From Stegostoma tigrinum (taxonomy: Eukaryota): 64,000 bases of DNA. Made by a program: the position numbers and the translations under genes. The stretch's first letter is position 1; each line of letters starts with the position of its first letter. The notes under the pieces are model-generated. The model had not been told where the DNA came from. It was given only the letters and a program-made list of their open reading frames with translations, and ran no database searches. Of the stretch, positions 51,851-64,000 are shown one piece after another. The stretch covers positions 66,389,517 to 66,453,516 of the forward strand of contig NC_081357.1 of assembly GCF_030684315.1 (NCBI RefSeq), written 5' to 3'.

Positions 51851-53951
51851 TGCAGTCAGTCTCCATCTTAAATCTAGTCCTGGCCATACATTGGCTGAAG
51901 GAAAGCAACCAACCTTGCTCAGTCCACTTTGTCAATTTCTTATCTCCCATCTCACTCTATCTTATTCGGCTTTACTCAACCATCAACTTCTGCCCAGAAA
52001 ACAAATAAATCGTACTACAATTTTGTGCAAATATTACTTCATGGTATCCTGTGTAATCTTACAATTGTTTTCCTCAGCATATGCCATTTTGCATGACTGG
52101 GTCAGTCAATTCTCATAATAAACAAAAGTGCATTTTACCTCTATTGTCGTGATTCACTTGATGACAGCTCCTTTCGGATTTTTGTAACCTATAGGTTAGA
52201 TTTTACAATCCTCAGGAGCAGGTTCTGAGATGGAAGGCCCCTTAAAATTTGGTGCCAGGCCATACTCTTGGCAACTGTCTGTTGCTCCACAGAACTTTAT
52301 CAACAGTGAAGAGACATCTTATAGACCTGGCTCATTTGGAGCTCTAAGTGGCAAATTAATGGTCAGTTATGGGTTTCTCCTGCCTCTTCTCACATTTGAT
52401 CCACGATGAGAGAAGGCTTTTGCCAGTTTTACAAACTGGTGACTTTCACTACTAGGGCTGGTGGCTGGTCATGTGGTAAGATGTAGTCATTTTGTCATTT
52501 TGTTTTTGGAGGCCCCTGCAAAGCTTTTAAACAACCTTATTTCGCCTGCCACTCTATCCTGTCTACCCTATATATTCACAGCCTTGCCTTGTTTGCCAGG
52601 GCCTACCTTCCTGGTCCTGGTAGGACCCCAAACCTGCCTAACATTGCAGTATGACATCTTCATGATTGGCTGCAGACCCTGGAGGTTGCCAGATCATCTC
52701 AACCCAATTACCCACTCTAAGGCCATTTAAATGGCTGCAGGGCGAGCCTGCCAATTAGACAGGAGCTTACCTTCAACGTTTACATCTTTGGCAGGGGTCT
52801 CTCTAACTTGACAACCGACCTTCCTGTTAATTGTTTGTCTTTTTAAATATCAGCATTGTGTCAGGAATAACATTAACATCTCTGATGGGTTTATGCATAG
52901 TTTTGTGAAATTAGAGAAAATTGAGAGTTATGAGCTTAAGGCTGTTGAACCTTTTCTGGCACTGATTGCAAGTCCTGGAGACCATACTCTTGTATTACAC
53001 CCAGCCATGGCTTTTGCGCTTGGATGGTTTACTTCCTCTTCCTGTCCTGAGAAAAAATGGTGCCCTCCCTGACCATCTCCACCTCGCGCATGACTTCTAA
53101 GGACGAGTCAAAGAACCAGTGATAGGGGCTGCCTTCCCACATCATCCTTCCATTATTTGCCTCCACAAATCTTCACAATAAAGGTTTCTCGCAGCTATTC
53201 TGACTCCTATCAGAGTTCTTGAAATTGAAATCCGTTTTTGACAAATTTGTGCATCGGTATTATATGTCTGGTCAGGAAACCCAACAATTCCATATCATGG
53301 CTGAGTTAAGGAATCGTGGCAAAGTCAGTTACATTTATAAATGAGTTCCCTATCTACTACCCTCCAAACAACTGCATACAAATCTACTTTGAAGAAATTT
53401 TGCCCATAAAGTAAGGGGAGCAATCTTATACTTTGGGAATACAATCCTACAACTAATCAGTCGTGACTATTAGTCAGAGTACTGTACTTGTCTAATTGAA
53501 GCAGACAGCAGATTGTATGTCAGAGGAAAAAATGCAGGACAAAATTATCTGTAAGAAACTAATTAAACTTTTTATCTTTGCTCGTGGTGAGGAACAAGAG
53601 GCTGGTGCATGGTGGTATGTGGTTGGGGGGAGCCTTTCTTAGACCTTGTTTTGGCCTAACAAGGAGGGAATCTGAACCAAGACATTTTGTGACTGACTTG
53701 AACCTGCATGAGCCATGGCTTATTGACTCCTTTTCTATTTTAATCTTGTGAAGGGTGGTGTGTGATTTATGTACCATTTTTAGAGTCGGATTTTGAATAT
53801 GGCAGATGTGTGTTAGTTACTTTTGTGAAGCATAGTGAATAAAACAAGGTCATAGAATTATTCTGGAACAGGGACCTATCCACTATATATCCAACAGCCA
53901 GTGTCTTCAAATCCCCTAGAGTGTAAATGGAAGATTGTTAATAATTTCAGG

Positions 53952-54454
53952 TTTATGACAGGGTGAGTAAACAATGAAAAGCATTAGCTTGCTTTTGGTT
54001 TGGAATAATCAAGCATTAATTCCAGTTATAAAACACCTAGACTGAAAGGCTTTAAGGCAGCTTAGGAGGAGATCTAGCTGGCTCAGAAGCAAACAAAGTT
54101 TCACTTCTAGAAAGGAGAACATGACAGTTCAGGGAAAGATCAGTTAGCTTGGTGTGAAAGTTTAGCTTCTGGCATTCAAGACAATGAGGTTTGGTGAGAA
54201 ATCTGCAAGTTATTAAAAGACTGAAGAAGTAATTATGCAAGAAGTCCGCAGAGTTCATTGGACAAAACTGGGCAGAAGTGGCTAAATCAAACCTAAGGAT
54301 TTGCTATAGAAGTATAATTTCTCTGGATTTAAACCTGGTGTACCAATGATTTTGTGAATGACCACCATGTTAAATAATAAAACAAAAATCTATCAAGCCA
54401 TGTTTCATTCTGGTACCTGACTGCTCCTGTCGCAAAATCAACTAGGGTCATAAA
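53952..54454 (+). repeat. Possible solo LTR
   Basis: Inverted termini TTTATGAC...GTCATAAA, TATAAAA near 54027 and AATAAA near 54376. No clear TSD. Confidence 0.35.
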
Positions 54455-54632
54455 AGTCTACCTGTGAAGTTGCTACAGCTTCAGTCAGATAATTACTATG
54501 GAAATCATTTAAAAATTATTACTAGTTATAGTCTTTGTTTTATTGTTTCTGGCAGATGTTTTGTTATAGCTGGTCAAAGCATTTAAAGCATTTTAACTCG
54601 AGTACATGAAAAGAATTCAACATAGATCTGCT

Positions 54633-54719
54633 AGATAATAAAATGTGAGGCTGGATGAACACAGCAGGCCAAGCAGAATCTCAGGAGCACAAAAGCTGAC
54701 GTTTCGGCCCTAGACCCTT
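54633..54719 (-). mobile_element. Solo tail-less Neptune terminal arm
   Basis: AGATAATAAAATGTGAGGCTGGATGAACACAGCAGGCC...TAGACCCTT, near-identical to 33672-33758. Confidence 0.9.
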
Positions 54720-55303
54720 GTTTTCCTAAATTTCCTAAACTGATATAGACAATCTTGGCCTAATATTGTATTTTTAATACTAACATAAAATATGTTATGA
54801 TTTACGGAATGTGATTCACTAACTGAAATGGAAATTCTAATGATAATAACAAAATCAAAATACTTGAAATCTGAACTTAAAACAGTCTGTGCTGGAAAAT
54901 ACTCAGCAGATTAGGCAACTTCTCTGAAGCATGAAACAGATTTAATATTTGTATGAGGAAGCAGTTGTAACATGGCCCTGAATCATCAGTTGTCTATAAA
55001 ATACAATGGTTTCAGCCAGCACACAGACAGGAAGCACAGAGTATGCTCAGGAATGAGTATTAAGTTGAGAATTTGTACAGCTGGAAACAGGTGACCTTTT
55101 TTATACACTTTTTCAGGCCCTAGAACTTGGTTAATGCTCTTTTCATTCTCCAAGCGGTGAGACTTGCTATTAATTTAGCTGTGTAAATTATTAATGGAAT
55201 GGCAAATTAAATAAATGAGGAGAGACAGACATGTCAGGGAGGATGGTAGGCTGTGACTACAACATGTGGGAATCTGAGAAATACATTGTAATCCAAGGTA
55301 ACG

Positions 55304-55397
55304 AGATAACGAGTGTAGAGCTGGATGAACACAGCAGGCCAAGCAGCATCTTAGGCACAGAAAAGCTGACGTTTCGGGCCTAGACCCTTCATCAGAA
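55304..55397 (-). mobile_element. Solo tail-less Neptune terminal arm with hammerhead core
   Basis: AGATAAC..GCTGGATGAACACAGCAGGCC..CTGACGTTTCGGGCCTAGACCCTTCATCAG, flanked by imperfect TA(A/G)TCCAAGG(T/C)A repeats. Confidence 0.88.
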
Positions 55398-55879
55398 AAA
55401 AGGTAGTCCAAGGCAGTTGTGTCTATAGCCGTGTGTGCCCAGTTTCAGTTTGAAGGTGCTCAGCTGGATTCCCAGTTATAGACATTGAGGAGCATCAGGG
55501 AGAGGGAGAGTGACTTGGACCTTTTATTCCACAAGGCAGCCACACTCTTTAGGGTAGATTGAACCCTAAAGCAGCTAAAGGTATGGCCTCAAGGCAGGCA
55601 TGTATGCTGATACACTCAGCAGGGATGACTAGATCTTAACCCTCGACTTTCAAAAACAAGTATGAGATATGGATGAAAAGAAGGGCTGCATGGTAAATGA
55701 AAATATTGATCATTGCACAATAGTTCAGAATGCCATGGGCGTTGGAGGGGTGCAGAATCAATAAGGAATGAGATAATTGAGTCAGAGGAATTTCTAAGGT
55801 TCTGTGTAGCCGCTACTAGAAGTCTGAAAGTTATGTTGCCTGACCGGTGTCAGTTAAGCACATTATATGGAAGAGGAAA

Positions 55880-56320
55880 AGATAACACAGTGTGGAGCTG
55901 CAGGAACACAGCAGGCGCAGCTTCAGAGGAGCAGGAAAGTTGACCATTTGTGTCGGGACCTTTCCTCAGAAATAAGGAGGGGAAAGGGAGCTCAGAAATA
56001 AATAGAGAGAGGAAGGGTGTGGCTAGGGAAGGTAGGTGGGATGGTGATATGTGAGTGCAGGTAGGGAGTGGTGGGGACTGGTCAGTGAGATGGAAGGGGC
56101 GGATAGATGGGAGAGGAGATGAACATGTTGCATCAGGTTGTGTAAGGCCAAGAAGGAGGGGATGAGTGGGATTGGTCATGGGATGAGGCTGGAGGTTGGG
56201 AGATTTTGATACTGGTAAAATCCACATTTAAGCCATTGGGTTGTAGGTTTCTGAGGTGGAAAATGAAGAGCTGCTCCTGCAGTTTGCGGATGGCGTCGTT
56301 GGGTCACTGGAGGAGGCCCA
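55880..56320 (-). mobile_element. Older Neptune-type 3' fragment
   Basis: Minus strand NDAIRKLQEQLFIFHLRNLQPNGLNVDF followed by the pyrimidine-rich 3' region and terminal arm. Confidence 0.85.
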
Positions 56321-56581
56321 GTGGAGGAAGAAGATCTTTTTGTCATGGATCCTGTAAGAATTGATAGTATAAATTGAACTAGACATGATTTTTTGTTGTG
56401 AAAGTTTGAAGAGTTAGGTCTAAATGAAAATAAAATTAGTCATCTCTGGATTGCAAACTGAGGCATGCTTCAAATGAAATAGGTTCATACAAATTCACAA
56501 CATTAATGTGTGGCCATAGAGAGGTGTGGAAAGAAAGAGTTTTGATTCATAAAGCAGCAGCACCAATACTTACAAAAGTGA

Positions 56582-58761
56582 TGATGTGGAGCTGCGGGTG
56601 TTGGACTGAGGTGGACAAGGTCAGAAGTCACATGGCACCAGGTTATAGTCCAACAGGTTTATTTGAAGCGCTGCTCCTTTGTCAGGCGAAGTGACCAACC
56701 AGGAGTACCACAGACAACTTTCTGCCAATCCAACCAAAGACCACACCCGTCAACTCAACAGACTGATCAAATCCTTTGATCCAGACCTTCAGACTATCCT
56801 ATGCACTCTCATCCCACGTACTTCTCACATAGGAGACTTCTACTGCCTGCCGAAGGTACACAAAGCCCACACACCCTGATACCCCATCGTGTCAAGCAGT
56901 GGAACCCTGTGTGAGAACCTCTCTAGTTATTTTGAGGGCAGCTTGAAACCCATTGTACAGGGAACCCCCAGCATCTGTCACAATACTACAGACGTCTTAC
57001 AGAAACTCAGCACCCACAGACCAGACAAGCCAGGAACATTCTTCATCATAATGGACGTTTTGACACTCTCCACTATTTTGCCCCACAATGACAGCGTCGC
57101 TGCAGCAGCCTCAGTACTCAACACCAACAACTGCCAATTTCCATACACCATTTTACAACTCATCCTCTTCATCTGCGACTACATCTTCACCTTTGACAAC
57201 GTGCTGTGTATCCAGACATACAGAACAGGCGAGGGGACCAAATTTTCACCCCAATACGCCAACATTTTCATGCACAAGTTTGAACAAGACTTCTTTGCTG
57301 CACAGGACCTCCAACCAATGCTGTACACCAGATGCATCAATGATATTTTCCTCCTGTGGACTTATGGCGAGGAATCACTGCAACAACAATACAGTGATAT
57401 CAACAGGTTTCATCCCATCATTAGACTTACCATGGACTACTTTTCAGAATCAGTTTCATTCTCAGACAAATGCATCTCCATCAGGGACAGACACCTCAGT
57501 ACCCCACTCTACCTCAAGCCTAGAGATAATCACATGATGCTTCACTTCTCTAGCTTCCACTGAAACACATTAAAGAAGCCATCCCCTACGGACAAACCAT
57601 GTGTATACACAGGATATGCTCAGATGAGGAAAAACACAAAGAACACCTACAAATGCTGAAAGATGCCGTCAAAAGAATGGGATACAATGCTCAACCCATC
57701 GATCACCAGTTCCGATGTGCCACAGCAAAAAACCTTAATGATCTCCTCAGAAGACAGACACGGGACGCAAGCAGTGGAGTACCCTTCATCATCCAATACT
57801 TCCCTGGAGTGGACAAACTACGCCGTGGTCTTTTCAACCTTCAACATGTCATCGATGACGACGAACATCTCGCCAGGGCCATCCTACACCTTCACTTCTT
57901 GCTTTCAAACAGCCACCGAGTCTCAAACAGACCGTCATTTGCAGCAATGTACCCAGCCTTCAGGAGAACAGTGACCACAACGCCACACAACCCTGCAAAC
58001 TATGCAAGACATGTCAGACCATTGATATGGACACTATCATCACTCGCGGGAACACTACCCACCACGTACACGGTTCACGTGATTCGGCTGAGTGTTGTCT
58101 ATCTCATAGAAAAGAACGCCCCGAGGCGTGGTGTATCAGCGAGATGCTACGATAATGGATGAATGGACACTGCACAACAATTGCTGGGCAGGAGTATGCC
58201 CTCTCAGTCAGGGAACACCTCAGTGGCCAAAGCCATTCAGCCTCCTCCAAGGCAGCCTTCGAGATACACAATGCAGAATTGCCAAGCAGAAGCTGATAGC
58301 AAAGTTCTGTACCCATGAAGACGCCCTCAAATGTGATCTTGGGTTCATATTGTGCTATATATGACCCCACCATACTGGACTGTGTTTAAAAAATCTTCCT
58401 TACGGTCCTGTTTTGACACCATCACTTTGATAACTTGTTATGATCTCCTTACCTTAATTAGTTTGTACAGTTTTGGAATACTTCCTACTTTGGTTAGATC
58501 TTCATCATGCAACTCTCATATCCATTTGGTTTATCTCTAGCACCATCTCATTTTTGATTTTTTGTAATTATCTCTTTGCCTTAATTAATTGGATCATGGG
58601 TCATCCCTTCAATTGTTATTCAGCCTGTCGCCACTCCACTCACACCATTTGGACTATCTTTTGACAATCTTAATTACCTGGAATGTTCTTGTAAGAATCT
58701 CTCTGCTTATAAATTCTGTGCCTGTGCACTTCCCTTCACTTCACTTGGCAAAGGAGCAGCA
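56582..58761 (+). mobile_element. Penelope-like element of a third family (RT and nuclease remnants) with a short inverted terminal arm at 56582-56688
   Basis: FYCLPKVHK, MDV..L...PH, PQYANIFMHKFE, TRCINDIFLLW, LYLKP, AIPYGQ..IHRICS, CRIAKQKLIAKF. TSD TTACAAAWGTGA at 56570-56581 and 58762-58773. Confidence 0.9.
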
Positions 58762-59419
58762 TTACAAATGTGAGAACTATTCCTTTGTTTGGACTCTACT
58801 TAAACCGGGATATTATCAGTGTCCTAGAAAATCATATAACTTGGGCTGTGGATAAAGCATTAACCTAACAGTAGACAGGAATAGTTCAACTGAAGAAAAG
58901 TTTGGAAATGTGAAATAAGAGTGTGACTCACACAACGGGGAAGCCCAAACTCTACAATGTCACGGTGATATAAGATTTGGGCTATTGATCGTTGAATTCC
59001 ATTGGCTGAATAAAACCTGGGACTTTCATGGACTTGAAGTTTTTAAAAAGGGACTAAAAACACTGGCTCGCAAGCTCTACAGATGGTTCCTGACTCACAC
59101 GGGTTGGCAAAGTTTCCTGAAACTCGACACAAAATATGTCACAGACAACCTGAGCTGAAATTACCATTTTCGCCATTACAATGAAACCAGTCAGACAGGT
59201 TCCCAACCACCATTGTGGCTGTGAAAAGATCCTGCTTTTTACTTGAGTTAAATAATTATGATTATCTTCTCACTTGGAAATGAAAATGTCACCTACAATT
59301 ATCAACCTGGATACTGAACTCAGCAGGTCAAATATACAAACAAGCCAATTTTTTGAGAGTTTTTGGGGAAATAAAAGAGATGGAATCTAGACTGTAGAAC
59401 TAAACACAGCGTGAAGAAG

Positions 59420-59609
59420 ATAATAAAATGTGAGGCTGGATGAACACAGCAGGCCAAGCAGCATCCCAGGAGCACAAAAGCTGACGTTTCGGGCCTTCTA
59501 GGCCCGAAACGTCAGCTTTTGTGCTCCTGGGATGCTGCTTGGCCTGCTGCGTTCATCCAGCCTCACATGTTATTGTCCTGGATTCTCCAGCATCTGCAGT
59601 TCCCATTAT
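59420..59609. mobile_element. 190-bp Penelope-derived hairpin insertion
   Basis: About 77-bp near-perfect inverted arms plus a ~35-nt tail. Perfect 15-bp direct repeat CACAGCGTGAAGAAG at 59405-59419 and 59610-59624. Confidence 0.95.
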
Positions 59610-62225
59610 CACAGCGTGAAGAAGGTTCTCTCTCTCCTGAAATGGAAAATATCCAGTGGTAATGCTGGCTGGGAAAAAAATAAATCAGGAAACCCAGAAT
59701 TTATAAGTGCAGCATTTTCTACTGTTTACTGCCTTTAAAAAAACTAATCAATCACGGTTTCAGATTAAAATATTATGCCTCAAGGACATCATGAGGATTC
59801 AAACATATGTGTTCCTTTATCTTCCTTTTGTACTGATCACTATCCATTGAGGGTATGCTTGTGAGGGCCTAAGTAACCACACAAAGGCCCCGTGCTTGAT
59901 ATACTAATCGGAAGTGTTTTAAAACCCCTACCCTTTAAATTTGAAGCAAAACAGCTGCAGCTGTCACTGAGAATTTAAAGGAAAATCTTCTGATGCAGTT
60001 TTAATTGGCCATGTGCTGCATAAATGAAAACCATAGCATCTGGTCATTAGAACTTCACTAGAATATCTTTATTGGCATTTGTCCAAGGGCTATCATTATG
60101 TTAATATTAACGCCTAGCTCAGTTTCCAAATCTATAGCCATCCCAACAAGCAGTTCTAAGTTCAGTTTGATTTCTAATTTGAAGAAACTATAGATTATTA
60201 ACTTACTTTGATAGGAGAGCTGAACAGAGTTTTTTTGTTGTTTTTCAAGAAATTAACCATTTGTGGAGACTTAAAGACCTTGTAGATTTCAGGGATGGAT
60301 TTTTTTCACTATATAATGTGTAGGAGTGAGAGCTGTATTGGATTGTTCGAGATTTTTCTTTCATATTCAGATGGCTCCTAAGGGTTTTCCCATGGTGGAT
60401 ATTGAGTGAGTGGCTATGGAGGCGGCAGAGAGGGAATGAGGGGGCAGCAGAGTGGGTTAGGATTATCATTGAGTTGGCGTAGAGGGTACGAGTGGCCATA
60501 CGGGTGGTTGGGGAGATGAGAAGGTGAAGGGATAGAGGGCCCTTCAGCTTCTGAAATAACTGAGACAAGATACTAAAGGACTAACCAACCTTGGCATTCA
60601 CCCAACTCTGTTGGATTCAAAGGGTCTGATTCTATTCTGAACAAACCACACCCCAACATATGTGATCCAGGTTACAATTTAATTAAGTGAGTCCAGCTAA
60701 TCAGGAAATATCCTGACACAAACCTCATTAATAAAAAATACTGCTGTCTTCTCTCTTCAAATTCATGGCCATGGTTTTTGTGGAAGTTTAAGTCTGCTAT
60801 GTTTGTAGATGATTAATAATTGTTGAATAGCTAACATGTTATAGTTAGACTGTAAACTGCCCTGCCTGTGAATTTATGACAGGAATTCTGCAAAACCTCA
60901 GGAATTTATTTCCCTGGGGAAGTTTGGTTATTTTATTCTGTTGCTCCATTCACCGAGATTTTACTCTCCATGTTGAAGAAACAGCACCTACTGTTCACCT
61001 CATTAAGAACTGCTCACAGACACTTCACTAGTTTGACAGTGGAGATTTCCGCTAATCCCACATCCTTTCCAGCACAGCAAGTATGTGACATTTGTAAACA
61101 GGAACAGAAAGGAACAAGAATTTGCTCTTCAAAGAATCAATGTAATGTATCCTTATTGACAGAGGCTGAGGCCAAGGAGTATAAAGCAGGAAATATAAAT
61201 AAGATTTAAATAATATAGAAGAGAAAAAGTAAAGACTATGAAGTACATATGGGATTAGAGAGAGATAAAGAAAACATAATAAGGAAGGACAAAAGTTTTA
61301 AATTTTATATTTTTGGAACGGTCCAATGATCATTTTTTTCTGAGGAAATGTTTTTTATTATAAGGCCAGAGAAGTAGTGTATAAGCGATTATCAATTGTC
61401 AGGGCACTAAAAGGACTCAATTACCTGTTAACATAAAAGTATTAACTTTTTAGTTTTTTTGTATAAAACTAATTGCTATTATAGCAAGTTGATTAGCAAG
61501 TACTATGAGATCACATCCAGTGGAAATTCAGTGTATCCCTCACTGTAACTACTTGATTTCCAATTCCCATAACTAACCACATGTGTGGCCACCCTTCCAA
61601 CCCCTACACTCCACTCTCAGCAAACACTCCTGACCCTCGACATTGCTGTAGGTTTCTTTCATGATAACAGAAACTTTTGAGCATTGACAGCTTCACTGCT
61701 ATTGTTTTGCAAATTTTGGACTAAATTATTTGCTTTTTCTGCCGTTTTAAGCTTCATGAAAACAGTGAGTTGTGATAATGCAATCTGCTAGCAATTTATT
61801 ATTTTCAGTATTGAACTTTGTTCTTGTTTCTTCAAAATGATTCTGCTTTATAGTGGATGGGGAAGAGTGGGAAATGCATACTCAATAAGATCACTGTTAT
61901 TTCAAAGTTACCTAGGAGGCTACAGACAGATTTTAGATTAGAATGAGAATTTGTTCATTATATCAGGCAGAAATGAAATGTATTGCATTACTATTCATTG
62001 AATTGTTATAAAAAGAAATATGTTTGCTTGGAAGGACTTCACATAAACAATCCTGAAAGTAAATTGAAAATATTTTCTACTGATGCAGCCAAGACATGGC
62101 CAACATCCATGCAATTATCAGATTAGTCAGCTAAAGAGAACAGTGATCTGAATAAGTGATGGATGATTTACCAGCAATTTACTTTGAGTCAATCACACTT
62201 CTCAAACAGAACTTCCCTTTGATAA

Positions 62226-62414
62226 TAGAGATAACAAGGTGTAGAGCTGGATAAACACACGAGGCCAAACAGCATCAGAGGAGCAGGAAAGCTGACATTT
62301 CGGGCCCAGACCCTTCTTCAGAAAAAAATCTCCAACATCTACAATTCCTACTATCTCTGAAACAATTTTAACCCCACTGCAAAGCCTCTTCAGCATCTGC
62401 AGTTCCTATTATCT
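62226..62414. mobile_element. Penelope mini-insertion: inverted arm plus two tail copies
   Basis: Minus arm at 62226-62322 and tail copies at about 62328-62358 and 62386-62414. Perfect 14-bp TSD CTTCCCTTTGATAA at 62212-62225 and 62415-62428. Confidence 0.88.
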
Positions 62415-62777
62415 CTTCCCTTTGATAACATTACTTTATATAAACAATGGGGTCCACTTTAGAGTCAACTTACATGTAAGTCTTTGCATTGCATGGTACA
62501 GTACATTCCAGGGAGCACACCATACTGGATGAATCTGGTTCTGCTCTACTGATTATGTTGAATTCTCGAGGACCAGTCACTGTTCTACCTCACACTTCCT
62601 TTACCCAAGTCTGTGCTTCCTATTTATCCATCCCATGATAATTTCAGTAATTACAATTACTGATGAGTTGTCCTTTTTTCAAACATTCTTTTTCTTAGTA
62701 TTTTTGGCCGAAAGCAAAGGAGTTTGCTTATATGAAGATCGCTTTATATCAGAAACATTGCAAATAAATATATAGGT

Positions 62778-63431
62778 CGCCAACCATTTCCACTCCCCCT
62801 CCCATTCTCTAGATGACATGTCCATCATGGGCCTCCTGCACTGCCACAATGATGCCACCCGAAGGTTGCAGGAACAGCAACTCATATTCCGCCTGGGAAC
62901 CCTGCAGCCATATGGTATCAATGTGGACTTCACCAGTTTCAAAATCTCCCCTTCCCCCACCGCATCCCTAAACCAGCCTAATTCGTCCCCTCCCCCCACT
63001 GCACCACACAACCAGCCCAGCTCTTCCCCCCCACCCACTGCATCCCAAAACCAGTCCAACCTGTCTCTGCCTCCCTAACCGGTTCTTCCTCTCACCCATC
63101 CCTTCCTCCCACACCAAGCCGCACCCCCATCTACCTACTAACCTCATCCCACCTCCTTGACCTGTCCGTCTTCCCTGGACTGACCTATCCCCTCCCTACC
63201 TCCCACCTATACTCTCTCCACCTATCTTCTTTACTCTCCATCTTCGGTCCGCCTCCCCCTCTCTCCCTATTTATTCCAGCTCCCTCTCCCCATCCCCCTC
63301 TCTGATGAAGGGTCTAGGCCCGAAACGTCAGCTTTTGTGCTCCTGAGATGCTGCTTGGCCTGCTGTGTTCATCCAGCCTCACATTTTATTATCTTGGAAT
63401 TCTCCAGCATCTGCAGTTCCCATTATCTCTG
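62778..63431 (+). mobile_element. Young 5'-truncated Neptune-type Penelope copy
   Basis: Near-identical to 15530-16182. Hammerhead core at 63302-63329. 8-bp TSD ATATAGGT at 62770-62777 and 63432-63439. Confidence 0.95.
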
Positions 63432-63559
63432 ATATAGGTACCATTATCGTTTTTTACTAGATCCAATCTACATATAAACTGTTGATAAGAAAATAGAGTA
63501 CAGTGCAGGATAATTCCCCATAGACAAGGAGCACTTTTATGTTATTTCTTAAATAGAGG

Positions 63560-64000
63560 GAAAAGGTGAGGAACCATTGTTAATAAAGGAGTCAAAACCA
63601 TGCAATAGTGAGAAAGGATATTGGCTTGGAATGTCATGATGTGAAGTCCTGGAGGTGGAGATAAGAAATACCTAGGGCAGAAAACATTAGTGGGGAATGT
63701 CCATAATCCTCTAAACAGTAGTGATGATGTAAGGGAAAGGATTAAGCCAGAGATTAGAGACACCCGCAATAAGTTCACAATTGTAATTATAGATGATTTT
63801 AATCTATGCAAAGATTGGACAAACCAAGTCAATAAAAATGCTGTGAAGGAGGACTACCTTGAGTGTATTCGGAATTTTGTTTACTTTGACCATACACTGA
63901 GTAGGCTGTCCTGAACTGGATGTTGTGCATTGAGAAAGGATGAATTGACAACTTTTTTGTCTGTGTCTGTAGGGAAAGAGCGACCATAAAATGATAGAAT
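63560..64000 (+). mobile_element. CR1 LINE APE endonuclease fragment (runs off the window end)
   Basis: VEIRNT*GRKH, NPLNSSDDVRERIKPEIRD..IVIIDDFNLCKDWTNQ..EDYLECIR, and GKSDHKMIE. Confidence 0.85.

Overview
Repeat-dense vertebrate genomic DNA. The HE1/V-SINE, CR1 and Penelope repertoire suggests a shark or other cartilaginous fish (inference). The only host coding sequence I recognise is a 201-nt internal exon of NKAIN2 (36973-37173, + strand, phase 0/0), so the rest of the window is probably NKAIN2 intron. 1-7039 is the 3' half of a decayed env-bearing LTR element (class-I-fusion-like env, PPT, LTR), with a complete Gmr1-like Gypsy element (1519-6050) inserted in the env TM-coding region. 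The rest is layered CR1, RTE and Rex1 LINE fragments, HE1-like SINEs and many Penelope-like elements (Neptune- and Poseidon-type) carrying minimal hammerhead ribozyme cores. The most striking pattern is that Penelope insertions from at least four families share one architecture: a TSD-bounded foldback in which one arm keeps a ~30-40-nt terminal tail and the inverted arm lacks it, ranging from 190 bp to 2.2 kb. All identifications were made by eye without searches, and boundaries of old repeats are approximate.
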